Shown: positions 10,079 through 17,164 of the stretch, piece after piece | Numbering within the stretch: position 1 is the stretch's first letter | How the letters are laid out: each line of letters begins with the position of its first letter | Source of the DNA: a virus | Lineage: Duplodnaviria; Caudoviricetes | Reading direction: 5' to 3' (one strand) | DNA length: 29,141 bases | IMG/VR virus record: IMGVR_UViG_3300037182_000205 | Coordinates: 1-29,141 of that record | Position numbers and translations under genes: made by a program | Notes under the pieces: generated by a model | What the model was told of the DNA's origin: nothing | Database searches by the model: none | What the model saw: only the letters and a program-made list of their open reading frames with translations

Positions 10079-10933
10079 TCAGCGCCGGACGTAGCGCCAG
10101 CCGCGAGTCTTTTTCACGCCTTCCTCGTACAGCTTTTGAGCGACATGTCGCATGTTCCCTTTAGCCACTTCGTCAATCGCCCGTTGCCAAACCGGCTGTG
10201 CGATGGAGAAAATTGCCTCTGGCAGCACCGTTCCTTTGGTTTCCGGTTCGGTTGCCGAAACCCAGAACTGCGCGCGCGCGCCGCCGCCTGTGTCCACCGC
10301 AACCGTACCACCAGCCAACCGGCCAATATCCTTCGCGCTTCCCTTTCCGTAAGGCAACGCATCCATGCCGGTCATTGCCAGCGCCCGTGTGGTCGAGTCT
10401 CGGCTGATTGAAGGTTTGAACATTGAAACCACCGTCCCAGCGCAGGCTTTAAAAAACGCGCTACTCTTATGCCTCGCCTTGACCATGCGGGTTGCAATCT
10501 CATTGATTTTCTCCCAGAAATTGACCGTATTGCTGAATGACGTTCCCCTTGATCCGCCCGGAGCCAACATTGACCGCTGCCAAACATTGCCGGTCAACTG
10601 GTTAAAACGAGAACCGGGGTGCATGGACGCAATCACAATCATGGCCGCATACGAGCGATCTTCCAGAGTGACATTTTCCATCTGGCGCTTTTTGTTCTTA
10701 GATGGTTTTCCAGACTTCAATAACCCAGGCCAGGAAGTCGCCCCCAATTCTTGATCCATCCTCTCCGGAGTCACAACCGGCATGTTTTCCATCGCCTTGT
10801 AAGCCACATTGTAGCACGCTGAATTGACGATCTTGGACGGAACTTGCCTTGTGTTTCTGGCCAACTCCTCAAACGACCGCCGCAATTGCGCGGTGTCGAG
10901 CTTCAGGGTGACTTTTACGAGGTTCGTTGGCAT
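10079..10933 (-). CDS. Neck / tail-completion protein (HK97 gp10-like position, basic)
   Basis: Basic protein starting MPTNLVKVTLKLDTAQLRRSFEEL and ending with a QPVWQRAID helix. Start placed at ATG 10933, after the shared late motif. Confidence 0.65.
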   Translation of the reverse strand: MPTNLVKVTLKLDTAQLRRSFEELARNTRQVPSKIVNSACYNVAYKAMENMPVVTPERMDQELGATSWPGLLKSGKPSKNKKRQMENVTLEDRSYAAMIVIASMHPGSRFNQLTGNVWQRSMLAPGGSRGTSFSNTVNFWEKINEIATRMVKARHKSSAFFKACAGTVVSMFKPSISRDSTTRALAMTGMDALPYGKGSAKDIGRLAGGTVAVDTGGGARAQFWVSATEPETKGTVLPEAIFSIAQPVWQRAIDEVAKGNMRHVAQKLYEEGVKKTRGWRYVRR

Positions 10934-10982
10934 CCAAAACGCAGTCCAGTCAAAGGGCAACTATTCGGGATTACCGAATGGT

Positions 10983-11395
10983 TCAATGCCCCGCACCGAC
11001 CGTCTCGCCGCTCAAAATCATGTCGAGGCATTTGATGTAGCCGCAGGCATCCACCAAGTTGTCACGCTTGGGCTTGTGGCATTGCCGGGCCAGCTTTACC
11101 ACCACCATGAACATCGCAACATCGGCAGGGGTGAAGGCGTATTTCCCGCCAGATAGCGCATTGAACGCATCGGCAATACGCTTGAAGTTGTCCACTGGAG
11201 CGCCGTATTGAGCCTGCCGATCCGCCGTCACGGTGCCATCCGCTTCCGCGCACACAGAAATGGCTTCACCAGATACCCGGTTTTCAGCCGCCTCTTTTGG
11301 CAAAATCTTGTGGTTGCTCACCGACTGCCCCGTGTAGGCGCTGATAATCGGCAACCCAATGGCCTGACCAAACGCCACCTCCGCACTCGCCCCGA
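10983..11395 (-). pseudogene. 5'-truncated DUF4406-like/DUF6378-like gene; C-terminal domain intact and possibly expressed from GTG 11378
   Basis: DRQAQYGAPVDNFKRIA...DVAMFMVVVKLAR...KRDNLVDACGY resembles DUF6378. Upstream in-frame GASAEVAFGQAIGLPII resembles only the last helix-strand of a DUF4406-type domain. Confidence 0.65.
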
Positions 11396-11520
11396 TCCCT
11401 GATTGGGAATGCGCGCGCGGTTCTTGGATAGATTCTTTGACCCGTTTTCGGGTGAGTAATCCACCTAACGAACCGGACGTTTCCGTTTCTTGGGCGGGGA
11501 GTATAATAGTGCTTTTTCAT
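11284..11520 (-). CDS. Small basic protein; C-terminal part probably a chance out-of-frame read into the neighbouring remnant
   Basis: First ~41 aa (RFVRWITHPKTGQRIYPRTARAFPI) look like a small basic beta-hairpin protein; the rest overlaps the DUF6378-like gene. Confidence 0.5.
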   Translation of the reverse strand: MKKHYYTPRPRNGNVRFVRWITHPKTGQRIYPRTARAFPIRDRGECGGGVWSGHWVADYQRLHGAVGEQPQDFAKRGG

Positions 11521-11545
11521 AAGCAGTGCTTATCTCAAATCCCTA

Positions 11546-11575
11546 TTGACATCCGGGGGGCTTTCGTGCCATATT
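11546..11575 (+). promoter_or_regulatory. Sigma70-like promoter facing the tRNA in antisense
   Basis: TTGACA-18 nt-CATATT with a TGn extended -10. Confidence 0.5.
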
Positions 11576-11640
11576 ATGGCTGCGTATGAAAGCCAACCGG
11601 TTTCCGTAGGCGGGGACAATTCGCCGGGAAATCTGTTGTG

Positions 11641-11713
11641 TGGCCCTGGCAAGACTCGAACCTGCATCGCCAGTTTAGCGGACCGGTGCTCTTTCCTGTT
11701 GAGCTACAGGGCC
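11641..11713 (-). tRNA. Atypical tRNA: anticodon GCT (Ser), short variable loop, C33, no encoded CCA
   Basis: GGCCCTG TA GCTC AACAGGAAA GAGC A CCGGT CCGCTAA ACTGG CGAT GCAGG TTCGAGT CTTGC CAGGGCC A: complete 73-nt cloverleaf with all four stems paired. Confidence 0.85.
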
Positions 11714-11728
11714 ATGTCAAAGATCAAT

Positions 11729-11767
11729 GGCCTCGGAATGGTCACTCATTCCGGGGCCTTTTCATTT
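11729..11767 (+). terminator. Intrinsic terminator
   Basis: GGCCTCGGAATG-gtcact-CATTCCGGGGCC followed by TTTTCATTT. Confidence 0.7.
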
Positions 11768-11982
11768 CAAAAGCGGGTCAGGTTTCATGGTGAAACCTCG
11801 CCCTTCCCTTGGCCCTCGTCCCTTCTTTGTGGCTCTTGCCCCCTGAAAATGGGTGCGCCAGGCGTCTCTCCTCTCCTCTTGGCCTCATTTTTCTCCATCT
11901 CGGATCTGCCTTCTTCTTCCCGACTCCTCTTGCCCACATTTCGGCTCTGGATTTTCCCCTGAAAAAAGCCTGAAAAAAGTGC

Positions 11983-12028
11983 TTGCGGAAAGAATATAAC
12001 TATGGCATAAGAATATGAAACTTATGCC
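11983..12028 (+). promoter_or_regulatory. Promoter with overlapping inverted-repeat operator for the RHH gene
   Basis: TTGCGG-17 nt-CATAAG with TGn; inverted repeat GGCATAAG-N9-CTTATGCC at 12004-12028. Confidence 0.55.
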
Positions 12029-12245
12029 TCGCAAACATAACCATCTGCCTACGGTGATGATCACCATCTCGACAACTCCGCAGATTCGGTCTTATCTCGA
12101 GGCGCTTGTCACGCTCGGTGTCTATGGGAAAAACCCCGCTGAGGCCGCCGAGCAGTTGATCAAAGAGAGCCTTCGGGACGATCTTCGTGAGAAGCGCAGG
12201 GAATTGATCTCCCGCATGAAAACTCCGGCACACAGGCCTCCCTAA
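12015..12245 (+). CDS. Ribbon-helix-helix (CopG/ParD-like) DNA-binding protein; start may be 12024
   Basis: Strand TVMITIS, helix PQIRSYLEALVTLG, then YGKNPAEAAEQLIKESL is a typical RHH pattern. Confidence 0.75.
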   Translation: MKLMPRKHNHLPTVMITISTTPQIRSYLEALVTLGVYGKNPAEAAEQLIKESLRDDLREKRRELISRMKTPAHRPP

Positions 12246-12311
12246 TCGGCCTGTATCGCCAGGAAGATAGGGATTGCTTGTTTCCGCGTCCACCTGCTAA
12301 AAAGAAAGGAA

Positions 12312-12776
12312 TTGAACATGACCGATAACCTTGATATGCCGCCGGTTCTGGAGGGTTTAAACCCTGCTGCTCGCGAGATGGCGATTTTGGCCCTTGCCGC
12401 CGCAGACGAGATTGATGATCTTTCACTTGGGAAGCGCGTCCAGCCCGCAGCGACCCTCCGCCTCGCACAGGGGCTCAGAGGTTCTTTTGTCCAGTCGCAA
12501 AACCCTGTTGTCCTCAAACACTTTATCGACTCCGGGTCCGTTGCCATTTTATGCCGTGCCCTTGGCGACTGCGGCTCTGGCTCCGGATTCGCCAACCTTG
12601 GCGCTCTCGCTCTGCGCGCGAATGAGATGTGTGATGCCTTGGTCGCGGCTGTTTCCATCCAGAACACGGCTGAACTCGGCCGCGTTCGTGATTTCTGTTT
12701 GGCCCTCGCCAGTGCATCTAACTCTTTTCGCCATTCGGTTTATGACTTGCGACCGCCGCATCCTTTTAGGAGCTAA
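12312..12776 (+). CDS. Hypothetical all-helical protein, partner of the RHH gene (moron)
   Basis: AAGGA SD-like sequence before ATG 12318; Ala/Leu-rich helices; opposite strand to the late operon. Confidence 0.75.
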   Translation: MNMTDNLDMPPVLEGLNPAAREMAILALAAADEIDDLSLGKRVQPAATLRLAQGLRGSFVQSQNPVVLKHFIDSGSVAILCRALGDCGSGSGFANLGALALRANEMCDALVAAVSIQNTAELGRVRDFCLALASASNSFRHSVYDLRPPHPFRS

Positions 12777-13011
12777 CCGTGACCCCTTTGGAATCTTCAC
12801 TCGAATATTCTCGTTTACGGACCTTCCTAACTTTGTCCTCATCGGCTTCCCTGCTCCTGAATCTGGGAATCCCCTTCTCATACCCCTTGCCGGACACGAA
12901 CTCGGCCACACCGTCTGGAAGGGCCGCTCCCTCGCCTCCAAATACAAAAAATCCATCGAGGACACAATCCTCTCCCTCATCGAACTCAACATTCCTTGCG
13001 CCCCCAAATGA
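12777..13011 (+). pseudogene. Internal fragment of a HEXXH zinc-metallopeptidase-like gene
   Basis: FVLIGFPAPESGNPLLIPLAGHELGHTVW; no start codon outside the upstream gene; ends shortly after the motif. Confidence 0.55.
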
Positions 13012-13067
13012 AGCGTCCACGGAAGGCCGCACGAATGACATACCGGCAATGGATGTTTCCTTTCCAT
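12990..13067 (-). pseudogene. 5' fragment of a small CxxC phage gene
   Basis: MERKHPLPVCHSCGLPWTLHLGAQGM starts just after the preceding fragment's stop, then runs into the antisense of the + strand genes. Confidence 0.4.
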
Positions 13068-13071
13068 AACT

Positions 13072-13190
13072 CAGTAAATTTTACCGCTTTTGATGGTCAT
13101 ATTGTCAACATTGAACTTGCCGCTGGCGAGCGTTTCCACGAAAGCGAAGCCGTGTGACCAATTGTTGATGACGGCGTATTCTTTCCACAT
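13072..13190 (-). pseudogene. 3' remnant resembling the C-terminus of a phage metallophosphoesterase
   Basis: Manual translation MWKEYAVINNWSHGFAFVETLASGKFNVDNMTIKSGKIY*; NWxHGFAFV...GKIY recalled as the tail of that family. Catalytic motifs are absent. Confidence 0.5.
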
Positions 13191-13200
13191 TCGTCAACAG

Positions 13201-13236
13201 AAAAGAAAACCGCCGCCCGATGAGGTCGGACGGCGG
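13201..13236 (-). terminator. Intrinsic terminator ending the capsid operon
   Basis: Minus strand CCGCCGTCCGA-cctca-TCGGGCGGCGG-TTTTCTTTT, just downstream of the stop at 13279. Confidence 0.85.
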
Positions 13237-13278
13237 CAAACCCACCCAAACAAGGCACGCGGAAAATTACTTGCCCTT

Positions 13279-13668
13279 TTACGGAATCACGGCCTGAACA
13301 GCGGCGGCGATCATATCCGGCAACACGGCCAAAACGGCAGCAACGCTCACTTGGTCAGCGGCCTTCTGGCGTTCGGAAAATGCCTTTTCAGCCTTGTCGG
13401 CCAGGGCCACTTCGGAGAGAATGCGCTTGATGTCACCCTCGTTCTCCTTGACATCGAAAATCGCCGCCCGATGGCCGATCAATTGCAAAATCTTGTTCTT
13501 GTCGGTGTCGTTTGAATTCCGCAAGTCCTCCGCACCGAGTTCAAAGCGCAACCCCTTGGGCACTTGATCCTCGTGCTTCACGCTGGGAAGCAGACCCCCG
13601 TTGCTATCAGTCAGCTTAAGGCCGAGAGCCTTGTTGTTGGCAATATCACGAATTGCAATCAGTTTCAT
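13279..13668 (-). CDS. Hypothetical head-associated protein (129 aa)
   Basis: Co-oriented after the capsid and decoration genes; A-rich leader. Confidence 0.75.
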   Translation of the reverse strand: MKLIAIRDIANNKALGLKLTDSNGGLLPSVKHEDQVPKGLRFELGAEDLRNSNDTDKNKILQLIGHRAAIFDVKENEGDIKRILSEVALADKAEKAFSERQKAADQVSVAAVLAVLPDMIAAAVQAVIP

Positions 13669-13704
13669 AATTTTTGGGTTTGATGTTTTTGGAATGACGC
13701 AGCA

Positions 13705-14367
13705 TTAGTCGCCAATGGGAGTAGCCGGCGTGGCAACCAATTTCGCCGTTGCGATGAAATTTGAGCCGGAAGTCGCGGAAGGGGTGAAAATGGCGTTCAG
13801 ATACCGATACTGATTTGCCAAATTAAACCCAATCGCATACGTGCCGGCAGCGGTAATTGTAATGGCCGCACCTCCATTAAACAACAGGTTCGTCGCATAC
13901 GGCGTGGTGAAGCCGGCAGTTGCTCCGGTTGGGTAAGTGATATTCCCAAACGGGAACAACGTGTAATTCGTAGCCGCAGCATTAGTGCCTCCGCGAAGCA
14001 ACGGATTGGAATTCGTGAACGGAAATTGCGTCGGGGCGCTGATCGTGGCGTAATTGGTGTAGGGATACCAATTCGTCGTATCCGGCGAACCAAAGAATTG
14101 CACCGTCAAGCTGCCGGTCGTTGTAACACTGTTCGGCAGGGTGGTATCCACCAAAACAATCGCCTTTCCGGCGAACGGAGACAGGTCAATTGGCGCATTG
14201 CTCCACGAAGCAACCGAGCCTTGGGCGGTTGTCGAGGATACACCCGCATTGGTGGAGAACTCCACAACGCGCGGCACGGCGAACAGGTCGAATCCAAGCT
14301 GCGCTTGGGCGGAAACCGCCAAGCCCACAACTGCGACCGCAGAGAGAATTACTTTCGTGAGTTTCAT
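13705..14367 (-). CDS. Capsid decoration/cement-like jelly-roll protein with N-terminal signal peptide
   Basis: Directly follows the capsid gene. PIDLSPFAG...LTVQFFGSPD..NW...QYRYLNAIF pattern resembles decoration proteins. Start MKLTKVILSAVAVVGLAVSAQA|Q at 14367 follows an A-rich leader. Confidence 0.8.
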   Translation of the reverse strand: MKLTKVILSAVAVVGLAVSAQAQLGFDLFAVPRVVEFSTNAGVSSTTAQGSVASWSNAPIDLSPFAGKAIVLVDTTLPNSVTTTGSLTVQFFGSPDTTNWYPYTNYATISAPTQFPFTNSNPLLRGGTNAAATNYTLFPFGNITYPTGATAGFTTPYATNLLFNGGAAITITAAGTYAIGFNLANQYRYLNAIFTPSATSGSNFIATAKLVATPATPIGD

Positions 14368-14422
14368 ATTTTTGTTTTCGCTGGAATGTGGAATGTGAAA
14401 TGTTCTGGTTTGCAAAGTTGAA

Positions 14423-17062
14423 TTAGCTCAGGGATGCAACCGAGTCACTGGCGACAACCGCTTGCGCGTGGCGCAGCGCATCGTCAATGTAAGTGTTGAC
14501 CGTCAACTCGTACTCGTCATTCTTGGCGTAGGTGAGTGTGTTGAGCGTAATTGCCAATCCGCCCCATTGCGCAACCACAACATGCCGGGCCGCAAGGGCA
14601 ACCAGAATGTCATTCGGGATCTGCTGGCTTTCAATACCGCGCGAGCCGAGCATTGTTCCGTCCGTCGCATCGCTATCGTCCCAGATGGGCAAGAAGCTCG
14701 CGTTGGTGGAAACGCCGGCCAGAATCTTCGCGGTCGTAGCGAGCATTCCCGCTCCGGCGGAGGTGGTCAGGAACGTAATCGGGTCAATGATGTTCGCCTT
14801 GCGAATGGCGGTCTTCATTAGGCGGGCTTTGATATAAGCCGTGGAAGCCGCGCCGCCGAAAATCACCTTGCCAATGCCAACCTGGTTAAGCAGGCCGAGC
14901 GGCTGATTGTTCGCACCGGAACCGTTGAGCACCATCTGATCAATCCACAAGGCAACCACTTCCATGTGGTCACGCATGATCATCGCCTCGAAATCGGGCG
15001 AAATCTGCAACAGGGACAGCCGGGAATACTTTTGGTCAGAACCAACGCGATGCGGGGTCATCCGAATCTGGCCGAAAATCTGATCATACTCCGCCAGTGC
15101 CGCACCTTCCGCAACCGATTGCGCGGTAGTGGGGGCTTCTTGCCTGGGAAGAACCACGTCGCCGAGCAATCCGCCAAGCATGGTTGGGCCAGCCCGCATG
15201 ATGGACGACTGGTTATACAAAAACTCAATCGCCGGAAACCGGAAATCAGGCGCGATCAAAGCGCCAGCGGAAGCGTAGTCGTTTGCAAGGGAATCGCGTT
15301 TCAGAATGTGATTCTGGCGCGGCAGGCTGCGGAGGCGGTTGCTATCGAATCCACACGGCATGTTCGCCGGAAGCATGATGCCAGTGGGGTTCCACCCGCG
15401 AATCTCAGGAAACTGACCACGAGTGCGGTTAAGTTCGTCGTGCGCCTCTTTCTCCGCACCGTCTTTGGGCTGCCACGAAGGGGTTTGTTCACCAGAACGG
15501 GCAGCGGAACGGAGCAAATTGCCAAGGGAGCATCGGCTGGCAAGGCTGGCGTCGAGATTTGCGGCCTGCTTCTGCTCACGGGGAGCGCGTTCATCCTTGA
15601 ACAGGGCGCGGGCCTTTTCCTTGAAATCACCCCGAAGCTCGGAGTCGTTGACGGAAAGGTCAGCGGCTTTCTCCACGAAATCAGTTTGCAGGGAGCGCAG
15701 GCGCTCGCCAACGACATAGACATGGCCTTCGGTACCGGCCCAGTTCTCGCCGTGGTCTTTGACAAACTCATCGCACAGGGCGCGGATTTCGGTGCGGCGG
15801 GCCTTGACCTTTTCCTGCTCGGTGCCGCTGCGGGTCTTGATTTCCGTTTCCATCGCAGTGCGCGTTTTGGTTGCCTCTTCGGTGCGAATCCTGGCTTCGA
15901 CTTCGGGCGCAAGGCCGGCGGCGGAATCTGGGGCGAGTAAAATTCTCATATTTTCTTTTTGTTCTGGCGTTAGCTCAGTCACGAATTTGGGCAAGTCAAC
16001 CGCATTTGATTTTTCCGGATCGGAACGGACCAGTTTTGCGGGTTCTGAAACCGAACGCTCAACAGGCTTCCATTCACCCTTCCATTCAACTTCCGTAGCC
16101 TCTCCAAGTGTGACGGTTTTGCCGTCGTATTCAAAGTCCACTTCATAGGATTTGTATTCCGGGCCAACGATTACGGCCGTCCATTCGGATTCACCATCGC
16201 CATCGGCGGTCTGCTTCACGTCCTGGACGTAGAAGTTTGAAAACTGATCCCCGTTTTCGCGCTTGGTTTTGAAACGCTTGTCGGAGTCGGCGGCTTGCGA
16301 AACCTTTTGCGTCAAATCATTGTAGGAAATCTCCGTTTTTTCATCCTCCTTTTTGGCGCGGAATTTCATGGCGGTGTTGGGAGTCGGGAAATCCGATGTG
16401 CGCATATGACCGCCGGGATGCACGCGCTCATCGTCGGCGGGGGTCGCGGCGTCGGCGCAGTCTTCGCAGTAGTAATCTTCGTCCAAATCAGTGCGGTTGA
16501 ATTCCCCTCCACAACCGATGCAGCGAGGTTTCTCATTGGCAGCGGAACGGTTCAATCCAACAGTGTCATCCATCGGGATTGCAGTGCTGGTGATCTCGCG
16601 CCCGTACCATGCGAAAACGTGTGCAGTTTCTCCGCTTTCAAGCGTGCGCTTTCCAATGTAGCTGGTATGCGAGTATCCAAATGAAATTCCAGGCCTGCTG
16701 CCCGACAACATTTGGGCCTTGCGCGTCTTTGACAATTTACTCGCGTTGTCAAATTCCAGAACTGCCCGGCAGATTCCGTCCTGAGACCGCACCGCCTTGA
16801 CCACACGGCCCAGATGTTTGTGCGGCTTGTGTTCGTCTATGAACGCGGCCCGATTATTGAGCCGGGAAAGATCGGCGTCTTTTTCGTCCATGCTCAAAAT
16901 CTCAATGTAAGAATCGCCCTCCTTCGCAATGCCGAGCGCAGCTTCTTCCGCATCGGCGCGTTGTTTGCCGAGAAATTCAGAAGCGAACGCCACTTGAACA
17001 CGGTCGCCGTCAATGTCGGTTTTTTCGACGCGTGAAAAACGGTAAAGAGTTTGTCTTGCCAT
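14423..17062 (-). CDS. Prohead protease - major capsid protein fusion (HK97 fold, 879 aa)
   Basis: N-terminal HK97-type protease motifs (IDEH..HLGRV, ISFGY, EITST.IPMDDTVGLNRS); coiled-coil scaffold; capsid motifs (AGALI, VAEG, LNGSGANNQPLGLLN). Confidence 0.93.
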   Translation of the reverse strand: MARQTLYRFSRVEKTDIDGDRVQVAFASEFLGKQRADAEEAALGIAKEGDSYIEILSMDEKDADLSRLNNRAAFIDEHKPHKHLGRVVKAVRSQDGICRAVLEFDNASKLSKTRKAQMLSGSRPGISFGYSHTSYIGKRTLESGETAHVFAWYGREITSTAIPMDDTVGLNRSAANEKPRCIGCGGEFNRTDLDEDYYCEDCADAATPADDERVHPGGHMRTSDFPTPNTAMKFRAKKEDEKTEISYNDLTQKVSQAADSDKRFKTKRENGDQFSNFYVQDVKQTADGDGESEWTAVIVGPEYKSYEVDFEYDGKTVTLGEATEVEWKGEWKPVERSVSEPAKLVRSDPEKSNAVDLPKFVTELTPEQKENMRILLAPDSAAGLAPEVEARIRTEEATKTRTAMETEIKTRSGTEQEKVKARRTEIRALCDEFVKDHGENWAGTEGHVYVVGERLRSLQTDFVEKAADLSVNDSELRGDFKEKARALFKDERAPREQKQAANLDASLASRCSLGNLLRSAARSGEQTPSWQPKDGAEKEAHDELNRTRGQFPEIRGWNPTGIMLPANMPCGFDSNRLRSLPRQNHILKRDSLANDYASAGALIAPDFRFPAIEFLYNQSSIMRAGPTMLGGLLGDVVLPRQEAPTTAQSVAEGAALAEYDQIFGQIRMTPHRVGSDQKYSRLSLLQISPDFEAMIMRDHMEVVALWIDQMVLNGSGANNQPLGLLNQVGIGKVIFGGAASTAYIKARLMKTAIRKANIIDPITFLTTSAGAGMLATTAKILAGVSTNASFLPIWDDSDATDGTMLGSRGIESQQIPNDILVALAARHVVVAQWGGLAITLNTLTYAKNDEYELTVNTYIDDALRHAQAVVASDSVASLS

Positions 17063-17082
17063 ATCGAAAACGCTGGCAAGTC

Positions 17083-17154
17083 AAAAAAAGGCGGCGCGGC
17101 GCGGAGTTTGGGGCGCGATATTTCTCAATCGCTACCTGACACACCCGCGCCGCG
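17083..17154 (-). terminator. Extended GC-rich hairpin plus U-tract (terminator-like)
   Basis: CGCGGCGCGG (17095-17104) pairs with CCGCGCCGCG (17145-17154), with an inner GCGAT/ATCGC stem; T7 tract follows on the minus strand. Confidence 0.5.
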
Positions 17155-17164
17155 ACACACGGCG

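Noticed and set aside
11675-11681. CTA in the anticodon loop, suggesting an amber suppressor or recoded genome
   Set aside because: CTA is off-centre in the 7-nt loop, and the major genes are intact under the standard code.
11641-11713. tRNA as a prophage attachment site
   Set aside because: It lies mid-morphogenesis module, with no integrase or duplicated 3' end in the window.
11546-11962. 138-aa + strand ORF
   Set aside because: It crosses a promoter, the tRNA antisense and a terminator, and has low-complexity composition.
12394-13011. 205-aa + strand ORF as a full metallopeptidase
   Set aside because: Its first ~128 codons overlap the better 154-aa ORF in another frame; only the 3' part looks protein-like.
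12549-13067. 172-aa minus-strand ORF
   Set aside because: After ~26 codons it is antisense to the + strand genes, so it is treated as a fragment.
14966-15940. Long + strand ORFs opposite structural genes (also 7787-8488, 18817-19542, 19182-20024, 26405-27076)
   Set aside because: Antisense shadows of well-supported minus-strand genes in GC-rich DNA.
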